DNA of 62,673 bases, filler included, from Choristocarpus tenellus KU-1152 (GCA_964200185.2; 10 parts of 10 records of this genome joined end to end with filler, not necessarily neighbours in it); one strand, 5' to 3'. Numbered from the whole stretch's first letter, positions 1 through 12,848 are shown. A program made the numbers and translations. The notes: generated by a model from the sequence alone, not told the origin.

Positions 1-638
1 ACCTCGTACCCTCGGTCACGGTTCGTCCAAGTTCGTGTGGTCCGTCTTGCCCGGTGATTCTCTTCACCACGCTTATGTCCGTCCGTTTCGTCGAAACTTC
101 TCTTGGACATCTCCACCAAAGTTATCCACTCTTGACCTTGATCCAGCGTTCATGTGGTATAGTACAGACATAGTAGTAGAGGTGTAAATTAATTCACTGT
201 GGTTTGTAGACTAGGACCATCCAAGCCAGATTTTCATGAAAAGTTTAGCATTTAAGGGGTTCGAACCTTATAAATTCGTGGAGGTAGCCGCCACCTTCTC
301 CACTAAGGAAATTGTAGAGTATATCGTCCAATCAACTTTTTTGAGACGGAGACATCGATATGCTGACAGTGTTAAAACGCGATACTTAGAGACGGTGAAA
401 TTGGCAATTGAAAATACCCGTCCCACTTCTAACTAGAGGTCTGAGGAAACAAACCGTAACATGCAGAAAGGACCAGAGTATGGGATAGTCGAGGAAATAT
501 CAGGTTAAGAATTTGTGTAGTAGTTTGTGTTTATCTATGTATCTTGGTAATATTACACACATAGATTGCACAACATTCCTCCCCTGTCCCTTGTTCTTCG
601 ATGCCGTTGCCCCTAGTTACAGTAGGACATACCAGGAC

Positions 639-3600
639 ATGGGTGCAGATTCTCTTGAACGTAATTGTGTGAAAACTTCTTTCCTTATACCTTCTTTCAG
701 TGCAAGGGCATCAGAATGGAATTGCTGCTCTCATAAGGCGAGGAGCTGAGGATCATCGAAAGCAGCAAGGTGGCACCAGGCCAACAACCAAAGTCCAGCG
801 CATGATCAACAGCCTCCAGTGGAGGCAAGCCTACTCCAATAATGTACACCACTCACTCAAATTGGAATCTGGGCACACTCTACGGTTCCGTCAGTTGCAG
901 TCTGGCGAAATAACAGGCCTCGGGACAGGCGCCACCGTCTGGCCAGCAGCCATAGTCCTCGTGAAGTACATGGAACGTCGTTATGGGTCCAAGGGCCTGC
1001 AGGGGCTGAGGGTGTGTACCTATCACATTAACAATGCGTTTGATTAGGAGAAGATATTCATGTTTTGTCTTTCGAACTTCCTCGCATCCATCTATTCATT
1101 CCTCCCCTCGCTCCCCGCTCAACCTTTCAAATCTGTCTCGACAGGTCGTGGATCTTGGGAGCGGAACAGGTAAAGAAGCTCCAGTACGATAAATTGCCAA
1201 GGGCCTGTGCACCTGCTCTATGTTGATACTTGAGTCATCCATTTGTATTTCGTTTTTTATCCACTCTACTGTTCTTGGTGCTTGTCCAGGAGCAGTTGGA
1301 ATTGCTGCTGCAGCGCTTGGGGCAGAGGCATACCTCACAGATCAGAAGCAACTGAACTTTCTGATGCTTGAAAATGCCGATATTTGCTCTCGGGAATGCG
1401 GTATATCGAGGAAGAAGTTACATGTTACGGAATATGACTGGGGTGGAGATGATACCCAACTCTCGCCGCCAGTGGACGTCATCGTCGTGTCTGATTGTGT
1501 ACTCCCCAAGCTGTACCCGATCGAACCGCTTATCAACGCTATCGACCGTCTCTCTGGGTCTAGTACGGTAACTTTGTTGTCGTACGAGCATAGGTACTAC
1601 GAAGGTTTCGACCCTCGCAGAAAGTTCGAGGAGCTGGCCGCCGCTTGCGAACTCGGCAAGGTAAATGTTCCACAGGAGGATCACCACCCGATTTTTTCGG
1701 CCGACGATATCGAGATCTGGGAAGTGCGACGGAAGATCAGAGAAAACCAAGTTTACAGCGATACCGCTGCTGTGGAGCTTCTTCCATGCCAGTCTGGAGA
1801 GACGGAGGAGACTGTAGTCCTGCTTGGAGAGTGCCATCAACTCAAGCAAGAGGTGACAGGGACAATTGGATGCAACTTGTCTTCAGCATTGGTTATTGCC
1901 CGGCATCTGGTTGCCACTACTTCTTCGCTTCTCCCACATATGGTTTTGGAATTGGGATCAGGGTTGGGTCTGGTCGCCATGGTGACAGTATTACTGGGGT
2001 GGGATGTGGTTGCTACAGATAAGGAACAAGCACTGCCTCTTCTTAGAGCTAATCTGGAGAGGTGTTTGGCGTCAACCAAGAGTGAGGACCGGTTTGCATG
2101 CTTGCATGAGTATGCTTTCAAAGGAAGTTGGTAGGCCAATAAAAGCCCTCCTGGCACAGAACTGACAGGATAGCTGAATCAACATGTGATGGGAGTAGTG
2201 GACACTCGACATGTTGAGCTAGCAGGCACAAAAATCTCAAGCTGATTGACCAATATTTGTATTTATCGCCTTGTTTCTCTGCACTCACCCAGGGAATGTG
2301 GTAGGTAGATCACAGGTCATGTCTTACGAATGGGGCTGCGATGCTGGTGAACTGCTGAATATTTCGGTCAGTGGTGATAAGGGTTTTGACCTTATTTTGT
2401 GCGCTGATTGTCTATACACCCAAGAGTTGGAGCTCCTTCTCAAGACTCTTCTGCAGGTGGGGATGATTTTTAGATGTTTTCTTGTGTATACTGCTTGCTC
2501 CCAAATGATCCCATATGTGACCTACTTATCCTGTATCAATAGAGAATCATACCTATATTCTTGCTCCCATTGTTAAAGCCTATGCCAGCTGTTGTAGGAT
2601 GACTGAATCCCTTCCATAGACCTTACTACACACAGCAGTAGCTACATTAGTGTTTTTTCCAGTCTACAACCCTCTGTTGCTGCCTTCACTCATAGAGAAA
2701 TATAGATTTGGTGAGCATTGGGACCACATTTCATTGCAATCAAGCCACTTCTTCCTATTTGAGTTTCAATCCCAAGTGGAAGAGTGTCTAATTGATAAGA
2801 TGGACACAGTCCTCAGAACCCTTCATAGTGTATGACCAGGAATATACCACAGCACTGTATAGAGAACCAGTATCAAGAAGAGGATGTGTGCGTATCCTTA
2901 TGCCAACACATGCTATTTACCTTGAATACTTGACTGATTAGTACTGAAACAAAATTATTGTTCCAGCCTATGACCAGTCACACTTTGATGGTTGCAGTGA
3001 CTCAGACCAGTTGAAGTGTGTATTGTGAGTTGGAATGTCATTACTGCTTTTTTTTGTGGGAAGTGTTTATCTTGCTCTGGATATTGTTATCCTCCTTCAC
3101 CATTAGAATTCAATTGAAATCTTCAAAGTGGGGCATACCAATTCTATCTAATACCCTTGGTTGAGCAAGATATGGTCTTCGATTTTCAGGTCCCATGTAC
3201 ACAGACCAAAACCTGGCACTTTCTCCCCAATGATTAATGTGCTACCTTATTTCTTTGAATGCTCAATGTAGAGCAGGCACTGTAAGGCCATGATTCCCTG
3301 TGTAGAACACAATTATTAATCTCAAGATACTTCTTAGCTTTATGTAGGAAGTCTTGTTGGAAGTCTGTGAAATTTTCTTGCTCAAAGCTGGAAAACTAAC
3401 AAGGGAAACGAGATATTCCCACCTAACCCTAACCCTATCTCATCCAGGTCTGCCACATTGGCACCACAGTGCTTGTGTCCAACGAGCTCACCTCTAGCTT
3501 TGATGAGTTCCTTCAGGCTGCCCAGGAGTGGTTTATTGTGGAAGATGTGCAGCTGGGTGAAACTCAGCTTGACAATGGCTGTGGGAGAAATATTCAGCCC

Positions 3601-3690
3601 AACACAGTTGCTCTGAAGCGTTTACAATTGGATCCAAACAAATCTTTAGGTCCAAGAGGAGTTGAGGAGTTGGTGTCACTACCACCATAA
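639..3690 (+). CDS. Protein lysine methyltransferase with two tandem METTL21-like (Methyltransf_16) domains; exons 639-660, 701-1011, 1145-1169, 1290-2081, 2293-2456, 3448-3690
   Basis: Manual splicing at GT-AG sites gives consistent phases. Domain 1: GTGATVWPAA / VVDLGSGTG / YLTD / YDWG / VIVVSDCVL. Domain 2: GTIGCNL / VLELGSGLG / VVATD / YEWG / FDLILCADCLY. The first exon and start codon are less certain. Confidence 0.85.
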
Positions 3691-4276
3691 TGAATCCATT
3701 GAGTTGTAAATTCAGTTAGTGTCATTCGTGTTCTGCATGTAGAAGTCTTTAGTGCATAACCATGACACATCCTGAAACAAAGTGGATCAGGAATGGGCCA
3801 AGGTGTGTACTTTATGTAATATCCAAATGTTTATCAACTACATTGGCGATCTGAATGAGATTTCAAGTTGTGCCAAGATAGCATGTTTCTACAGGGATGT
3901 GATAGCAGCATGAAAGAGCATTCCAGTAGGGGTTTTACCAGTATATTTATCATTCCAAGCAACACATCTGAATCTATCTCTCATGGCATAAAGGATTCTC
4001 AGGGTAACTGAAAGTGAAGGATAGGAAGACTGTATTATCTCATCATTGCAAGAGATGCAATTCGTGACCTGCTTTCATACTTTTGCACAGTGAACCCCTG
4101 TGTGTAGTTTCTACTGTGGACTTGAGCTCTGTACATCAACATACTTGACATTCAAATCTCCATGTTTGATATTGAGTGTTTAATGTGTGCATGTAACAAG
4201 CTGCCCTACTCAACCAGTCATGTCACTCTAGGTTTTTCTAATCCCTTGTAGAAAAGGCAGTCCAACGTATTGCACT

Positions 4277-7020
4277 TCAGGAAACTTTCAATCGCAAGGC
4301 ACCATCCTCGATGAAGGCTGTCATTACAAAGCCCCGACCCCCATCTGGAACAACCCAGGCTTCTTTAAAAAACACAAAGCCCTGGCACCAGTATGGTGCA
4401 TCCTTTGGGCCCATCAGCACCCGGTGTTCCCCTGCCTCATCTAGCCATAGCTCCAGCCATAAAGCCAACCCATGGCACTCTGCCCCAGCAACAGCACCAG
4501 CAAACAATATCTCAGCATGTCCTGACAAGTTGTAGAGAGGTTTTGTCATGTCCATTTCAAGCAATGTGATCGGGGCAGAGAGTAAGCGATGAGGATACTC
4601 CCAGAGTCGGAATGATGGCAATGGCATCCCTGAGTCTGATGGATCCCACTCATGGTTTACTCGAACCCCAAGCAAGTCATTCACAGCTGACATGTCCACC
4701 CCCTCAACATCCCCAACAGGACTGTGCGCATGATGCAAGAATGGGCACTCTATGGGGCAGGCCAGAAGACGTGCACAGGCAGGCATGACCTTAGTCTGTG
4801 GCATGAAACACCCACTGGCCTCGAGAGCCGAACGAGCACACCAAAAGAGCATTAGGGCCTCCATTGGCCAGCAGTGCTGTGCAATGTCACTAAAATATGG
4901 CTCACCAATAATTGCATCAAACTTACCAAGGGTACTCAAGAGGGCTAGTGACCCAGGCTCCTGGGAGATCAAATCGTAAAAGCTTGACAGCCTCTGAGAT
5001 GACACGTCTTTTACCCTATCTGCCACCCCATTGGCTGTGTAGACAGCATTTGCAACACGCCGTGCAAGGGGTGACTGGGGAAACTCAAGAACGCAAGCTG
5101 CTCCCTCCTGCACCGATAACAACGGGAGCAAGAACCCTTCGGAAATACAGAGGTATACAGGTCCCACCCCATCGTTCCCACTCTGTGCCACCTGCTCAGG
5201 GATTGGTGGACTTCTACCTGTGGAAACGTTTAGCTGTCTCAGTGCGGCCCTGTAGGCGGTGGTTCGTGCCCTGTCATTGATCATCCAAATGCGATTGCGG
5301 TCTGCAGTAACATGGAGACCACAACTACAAATGGGTGGACCTTCGATGCAATCAAAACGATCAGCTCTATCACAACTTCCCTCCTCTGGCATTGCCTTAA
5401 AATCTTCTGGTGGATTGGGGCTCTTACTCCTGCCTCTGACACCTGCTGTAGGTGACTGTACCCTAGTTCTCTTTGGTGAATTACCCTCTTCCATACTGCC
5501 ATCACAGTCTACAGGCTGATTTGCTGGTCGCTTTGCCACAACTCCTTCGAACCACATCATATCTGTGTCATGTGCTGCTGTGCCTTGTAAAATGTCACCT
5601 TCTAAGACCAGCACAGGCTGTGGCAACAAAAATACCGCCTGACGCCAGTGATCTGATGGTGGATCAGCCGTCTCCCCAGGTTCTGTCGTCATGATAATTG
5701 AGCGGGATTTGTCCATGTAGCAGCGCCACCAAAGTATGATGGCATTGACTGTGCCATCAGAATGCACACTAATCCTGATAGATTGTCTCCGACCACTTGG
5801 GGGAGGAAGATCTGTGAAGTCAAATTCCCAGAGGAGCTCATTGCCTGTAAGTGGTCGGAAGCTAACTGCCCCTCTCTGTGGGAAAGAGATGTGCATAGAC
5901 TCAGCAGATGCAGCTCCCCGACATTTTTTCCAGGCCAAGGAAGAGGGCATTATGATCTCAGGCGCAGACCCATACCCTCCTACTTGAATACGTCCCATAC
6001 AATCAAGCTCAGGACTCTCACAGGCAAATGCCCACACTTCAGCTGCAGCTGGTATGGATACAAATTCTGGCTCAAGGAGATGTGCCTTGGCATGATGCAT
6101 ACTTGACATGAGGCCCTCTCCCAGGAGACCTTAATGTGTGAGAGGCGAGGTTGACAGAGTTTAGAGGGATCAGCATTGCGTGGTTTAATGAAACACAAAA
6201 GGTCTATAGAATCAGTTGGGGTATCGATCTTCTCGATCCCACACAATCATCAGATTTGGATGTGCTCGTTTCTCAAGTACCTGTGTCCAGCAGTTCGGCG
6301 ACGACATGGGTCGCACGACAGGGCATGACCTTTCCCACATTAACTTGAGTGCTGTGGTGGCGAATAAGTTGCACCTTGGAGTTGCATCCGCGAAACGTCT
6401 CCTGGGCCACATCTGCTAGCTCTTCCACTACCTCGAATGCCCATACTGCAGCTGAGGGCTCTGCAGTGACAACCATGCTAGCGAGAAGTCCGCTACCAGT
6501 GCCGATGTCAAGCCAACGCCCATTCTCACCAGAAGAAGTGCATCGACGAATTGCCTCCTTGTACGCTGGATTAGCCAGGGTAAGGTTAATGATATCCAGG
6601 GTATCATTTCAACGGAACGCCTTGTTACATCGCATCGTTTTGGGGGTTCCCTGCATTGGGGCGGACTTAAGGTCTACAGAAGGAAAGACAAACGAAACAA
6701 CTTATCCCACCTTGGTTTCTCCTCTTGTCCTTCAGCATGTCAAAATGGAAGAGCTGCGAGAAGGTAGTTGGGGCATGCACAAAGAGTACATTTGTCACGG
6801 CTCCGGTTGTAGGGAAATATCTCCGTTCTTAAGAAAGATGAAACCTACATCTGAGAACTGCTGGATTGGACCTATGGTCAGGGCGTCCACCAGACAGAAG
6901 ACAACGACATGAAATGTTGAAACTCACGTATTCATTCTTTGGTCGAAATGGGGACAGTATGGGCTTGGCATATGGAGGATTAGTGTCCCTAAGATGAGAG
7001 TCATCTTCAGTTGACACCAT
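4277..7020 (-). CDS. PRMT7: Protein arginine N-methyltransferase 7 (double PRMT domain); exons ~7020-6928, 6753-6711, 6565-6281, 6129-4277
   Basis: Spliced product contains FDMLKDKRRNQAY, WLDIGTGSGLL (motif I), ELLDTGLLGEG (double-E loop), DHWRQAVF (PRMT7 DHW loop), CSCGLH, and a second degenerate domain with RIWMINDRAR, IGEPYFS and LWEYP. Splice phases match. The 5' exon is tentative. Confidence 0.9.
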
Positions 7021-8769
7021 TTTCTTCGTCCTACTGTCGTCTCCTTCTTTCTACCACTCTCCACCCTGCCCTGATCATTGTTCTGAGTCTTCCAATTCCC
7101 GTTGGTTCATCGCACTACAATCCATATTTGCTCATCCTCCTGTCAAACCTACTACGACGCAAGGAATTAACCTAATACTGTTGTATAACTCAGTGTCAAC
7201 CCTTCGTATAGAGGAAGAGATATGTGAAAACGAAGTCTATATTTCACAACAAAAGAGTGTTCAATTTGAAGAAAATTGCGGGATCAAACCTCTTTGAACA
7301 CCAGACATTTTTTCACAGGATCCTTTTATTGTTGAAGTAGTATTGAAGAACTTCAGAAGTATTTGCCGAAAAAGGCATGAGAAGAAAAGAACGGAGAGCA
7401 CAGATATTTGATTAATTCATTGCCGACACTAAGTGATATGTATTCCTGTATGTTACTGTGTGGGACTGGACTTGAAGGTCTTGTTCATTTGATGGCTGGG
7501 TCACTCAAGGATTGAACCTCTGAAGTGCATGTTCACACTGACTCACTCTTTCTTAGAATCTCTCCATAGGCTGCTATGTCTCCATCCACTTCATCCAAGT
7601 CCTCCTGTTGCTCTTCACCATTCTCCTCAATACCCTCCTCAATCTCTAACATTTGGGGAATGTCAACCTTAGTCTCAGAGGGAACAGAGAGGTTCTCTCT
7701 CTCACGTTACTCCCGCCACCCTCAGCCATCTTCACCTTCAACTTCTTCATCCAGGCATATTTGGCAGCTTCACTAAAGGTTAGCAACTCGGTCATTGTCT
7801 ACTTCCCCCATTCCGCATTCAGTCCCTTGCCCGCATTATTTCCAAGCTTTTCCTTCCCAATGATCTACATAGTTGCAAATTCCTCAGAACCTCAATAATT
7901 ATGGCAACCCTGTGCGGAATCACTTGCATCTCGTGAGAAGCTTTGAACTGTGTGAATCCGAGGCCGTGGAACACTGTGCAGAGTTCCTAGATACCACATG
8001 GAAAAAATCGATTGCTTTATTGGACGTCATCCGGTCAAGTTATCCCCAATCCGATAGGTCAATCCCCAACCAACCTATCAAGCTATATATAGGTTACTTA
8101 CTGTGCAACCACCAGGACTCCCCTGCACACAAAAAGAGTACATGTGGAATGCAAGGATCCTGCTCCAATGCATCACTCAGTGTGTATATATTGTGAGGGC
8201 AAGCTTGCACCTGGCCATTATACTCCCTGTCCCAAAGTCTTCAGAACCCCCATTGTGACACCCAAGTGCAAGATCATATATATATATATCATGAACAACG
8301 ACTTAGAACAGTATAAAACCTCTGCATAACAGATCGAAATTTGAAGGTTAGCACCACATGCAAGAATCATTGCTTCATTGGACCCAAGTATGAAACACTT
8401 ATGACACGTGAAGGTTACTGGCTGGTATTGAGAAATCCCGCACAGTGTAACTTCTCAAGGCCTCACACAGTGAGGAAACCGCTTTCTCTTGCTCTTTTCC
8501 TTATACGTGAGTGTGTGTTGAAAAACTCCTCTGGAAGTATGTTTGCGCAAATACGACGAAAATGCTACACCGCGTCTATAATGTAGGTGTGAAGGGTGTC
8601 CTCCGATCGATATTATTCCACGTCTGATTTTTCAATCTTAAAACAGATGGCTTAATTTTGCCTCCTAAAGAATGAGAAAGAGCAACCAAAAAACGATTTT
8701 TCATGTCATCCCTATTATAATAGTTCCATATGGTATTCTACCTCTGTTCCATTGTATAAGTTGTGGAAA

Positions 8770-9725
8770 GAGAGCAATGGGGGGGGAACTCAAGCAAGTC
8801 CCGAGGATGTTTGACACGAACGCTAGGATGATACTAAAGCTATGGAATAACTATAGTGTCCAAAAGGATGCTGATGTTTTGGATCCTGATCTAGGCTTGG
8901 TGTGGAAGGGAAGGGTTGGCCACAAGGACATTAGTACCAACCAGGTATGAGAAGCCCGCCATACAAACTTCTCAAGAACCGGACAACCTAGCAGTCCAAG
9001 CTAGGGTATCTGGGTATGTGTTACAGGTGCCCCTCAATGCTCACCTTCCCCGGATGTACAAGTCAAGTCCAATTCAAATATTATCGAACGTCAGCTCAAC
9101 AGAACAGGGGTACTCTCAAATGAATCAATCAGTATAAGAAAAGTATATAGAGTTTGGTATCAGATAGATAGTGAGCTTTGTGTGGGTCTTTATAGGTCAG
9201 AAGAACTGAGCCAGTTTGAGCCGTTTTTAGGAAATCTAATCATCATTTACCGTTCGGGTTTACGAATACTGGTATATATCTGAGAGCCCTTTCCGATCAT
9301 CCATCCGTGACCCTCTGCAACTACCCAAGTTACAGTTTATTCTGCAGCTTTCAGGCAAATCGGAGTTTCCCCTTTTGGGATTCCCCACGCGCGTATACTG
9401 CTCGCGTTGGTTAAAGCGCAGGAAGAAATACTCGCACTATTCGCCTGTAACATATGCTGCTCTCAACGTTGTGCAGAAACATGACGAAACTTGGACCTAC
9501 ATCGTGCTCAAGCTACCTCAAGCCATTGCTTTCTGTCGAGAGCATACAAGAGAGACTGAGGTGGGCGGTGAGCTGGGTTGATGAGGGGCATGGAGCCTCA
9601 AAGAGCTTTTGCCACTTTGAAGACTTCGTTCGTGTGGACGAAAATTGTTTTACATGTCTGGCGACAGTCAGAAATACTACCTGTTCAACGATGAGGAGTC
9701 ACCTACCTGCAAGGTACAGCATAAT
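8770..9725 (+). mobile_element. Degenerate Tc1/mariner (DD39D-like) transposase remnant, interrupted by insertions
   Basis: N-terminal HTH-like GELKQVPRMFDTNARMILKLW...KGRVGHK (~8780-8930). Catalytic-region remnant ERLRWAVSWV...FVRVDEN, then after a frameshift FYMSGDSQKYYLFNDEE...KVQH (~9550-9725), resembling the VHVDEKWFY motif. Confidence 0.65.
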
Positions 9726-10832
9726 GCCCTCGTCGAAGTACTGCCAAAGACGTCTTACAAAACGGAATGTTCTCTTTTCTGTACGAAATGGAACAGAGAT
9801 AATGTATGATTTTGCTCAGAGACATTGTATGAATGTTGCCATGGAAGGAATGGGAAGAAATATATAGTAAGGATACAAAAATTGTGACAATATAATAGAA
9901 TCTGCATTTATTGTAGCAAACACTTTTGGATAAACCAACAAAAAAGACCTGTACCTTTGAAATTGAAATGTTTTGTTTAAGACACTTTGCTACAAGTTTT
10001 TTCGCTCCATTCCCATAAGTCCATGGAGTCGTCGATTATGATCTGATCATATTTTTGTGGTTTCAAGACCTCCCCATCAGCATTGCACAATGGAATTTCG
10101 CCAGAAGGTGATCGCCTTACGTCGTCTTCTGTCTGGTAAGGTGGTAAGGTACATCTTGTCGCCAAGTTAAGCTGTTAAATACATGTGGAAAAACGTATTG
10201 TTGATAATTTGCGTCATAATAGCCTAGGATATTATCCCAACCCGTGGTCATAGGTGTTACAAACGCTGTGTTCATACACCTGATGTGGATTAGCCCTCAA
10301 GGCTGTAGGTAGATGGTGAACTTGACGACAACGCCACACTGAATAATCACCAAATGTGCTAGATCTCTCGCTTTAGTTTATTGGCTTCATGATCTGATCC
10401 AGAACATGACAACAGAGTGAGCCATGGGCTTATGAGTGTCTTAGAATGACCAAATAATAAATGAAGGTTAAGAATCCCAACATTATGTAAACTCTAGGAA
10501 TTCCATTTCCTATGGCGTTTATGATATTAAACCTCTATTACGTAAGGCCCATCACCTATAATATGCCCCCAGCATGTAGTATAATTGCTTCAATGCGAAG
10601 ATCAGATGATTGGTCGAAGAAGGAAAATGTATCTCTTTATCCTATCGTGAACGTAGAATAAATTTAACTAATTTCACGTCCAGATAGATCCTAACATATC
10701 AGTAGGTATCATTGGAGATCCAGCACACGGGAGGAAAGCTGGAAGAAAAACATGCTTCCGAAATTTGCCCTGATGACAGATATACTAGCGTGACACTTGT
10801 ATCTCACGGCACACACTCTGCATCTGACCTTG

Positions 10833-11016
10833 GGGTCAAAGTATCTTGGGGAGGGGGGGAGGGGGGTTCTACACCAAGGTGTCCATTCAGATTCTGACCA
10901 GGAGAAGTTCACTTGCATTATTCATTCGACACATGCAACCAAATCACACAAAAATCGCTACGTGGAACAATGGGCCCCGAATGGACAGCCATCACCCCCC
11001 CCATATACTTTGAGCC
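10833..11016 (+). mobile_element. MITE family A (~180 bp), full copy
   Basis: Termini GGGTCAAAGTATCT...ATATACTTTGAGCC; internal sequence aligns by eye with 13824-14003 (reverse) and 59176-59355. Confidence 0.85.
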
Positions 11017-12695
11017 TTCAATTTCAAGAGAAAGCCCCTACACAAAAACTCACGATCACACCTAAACAGGTTACTGTCATAGAAACACCATTAGTGTTAC
11101 AGGCGAATAGCGCGAGCATTTCTTCCCATGTTTTTGCAAACACGAACATTTATTTGTGACAGACGTATAGTGCGAGTATTGTTTCTCGCATTCTAACAAG
11201 TGCGAACAATATACGATGTTGGTAACACATAGGTAGCCTTACAGAATAAATGATGATTTAATAGAAGATACAGAGTAGTAAGATTCGGAATGCATACGTA
11301 ACATTTGTCAAAGTCCCTTAGAAGTTGCAAAATAAAGGTCTATGATTGGAGCACGTGTAGAGCTGTTGCATAAACGACCAAAGAAATTGCGTGGATGATG
11401 AAAATAATAAGAGGGCTTGTGGTCAAACGCTCACCCCTTTTTACCTCCAGTCCTTACTTTTTATCTTGAACGAAACTTTGAGTCGAGCTTTGAGCTAAGC
11501 ACTGAGTGGGATATCAAGAAGAGAAGGACACCTGACACCCTACAAACTGTTGTAAAGGGCAATGCCCCCATAACGTCGTTTTTAAGGTCGTTGGATTTGA
11601 GTTGTACATCCTGTGGAGGTGAGTTCTGAGGGGCGCCTGTAACATTAGTGCTAGTAGTAGTCAGTCATAGCAGCAGTAATAGGTGTTGTATTATCACATT
11701 AGTCAGGAATGATCCCGACCCGTAGTCAGAGCCACTACTCACTGCACTTCATTTCATGCTACTACTCAACTAACTACTGTCGGAGTATGGCTATATCTGT
11801 ACTGCCTTCATTCCTGCCTTGCTTCTCACGTGCTGGGTTCAGCATTCCACCCCTCATTCGTCCGTCTCCTCCCCTGAATCTTCAGCTGGACCTGCCCGAA
11901 AGGCTTCCATTTTGTTCTTGGTTCGGTCTTATTGTATAATAAAGTACAAACAGGATAGAACAGGTGCATAATCCGTTGTGCTTGCTACGTGGAATAGCAT
12001 AGTCGAACCACATTCCCGTCGACAGAAGTCTGGGGTCGAAGGGGTCAGAACCACTCAACTAAAGCAGATAGCAGCACTATAACCACTAAGCAATGAGGAC
12101 GCCAAATTCCACACAAAATCAAGTAAATGTTACCAATATATACTCTCTCGCGTACGTCCCTTGTTAAACCAAGCAAACGCTACCAATGTTGGGTCTCTCA
12201 GGTATGTACCTGGCTCTCGTCCTCGTGCGTAGGCTTGCTTGCGTGCTTGCACATGCTTATTCAAAAACGTAAAATCCCTCTCACGTACGTACCAGATAGA
12301 ACCAAATGATTCCTACCCCTACAAACAACGTACTAGGTAAAAAAAAAAAGTCTTACCAGCACCGGCTCTATAAAGCATTTTTTTGTGAGTTGTTGGAAGT
12401 TAGATGGTCCTATTACTCTTTTTGCCATTATAGATGAGTTCCTGTCCATCTGTCTGCCTGCCTGTCTGCTTAAACATTGCCTGACCAGTGCTTCTTATCC
12501 TTGTGTGTAGTAGAAGTGATAGGTATGGTTAGCATCTACTCAGATCTTGACACAACAACAATTTGATTTCAACATAGTAAGCTCCCTCTTGCGCGAAGAC
12601 GCAAGGAGTCACACCATACTCCCTTCTCTCCCTGTTTTTTATCTGTCGTACACGCACAAACGTTTTGAGGGATCCAGTCCCTCCCAGAGGAACCT

Positions 12696-12748
12696 GGGCC
12701 AAAGTATCTGGGGGGGGCGTGTCGGCGTCCGTTTTTCACCCTTTTTTC
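12696..12748. mobile_element. MITE family A terminus at contig end
   Basis: GGGCCAAAGTATCTGGGGGGG immediately before the gap. Confidence 0.7.
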
Positions 12749-12848
12749 NNNNNNNNNNNNNNNNNNNNNNNNNNNNNNNNNNNNNNNNNNNNTTAATTAA
12801 TTAANNNNNNNNNNNNNNNNNNNNNNNNNNNNNNNNNNNNNNNNNNNN
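12749..12848. other. Artificial contig spacer N44-TTAATTAATTAA-N44 (also 20835-20934, 25481-25580, 33872-33971, 42647-42746, 45897-45996, 50496-50595, 54035-54134, 59538-59637)
   Basis: Nine identical 100-nt blocks carrying a six-frame-stop/PacI linker. Confidence 0.98.

Noticed and set aside
6349-6912. 187-aa + strand ORF
   Set aside because: Antisense shadow of PRMT7 exons and introns, with no motifs.
7500-7900. Glu-rich minus-strand coding remnant
   Set aside because: Interrupted frames and no identifiable domain.
12793-12804. Recurrent palindromic TTAATTAATTAA motif
   Set aside because: Always centred in N44 blocks; an assembly linker, not biological.
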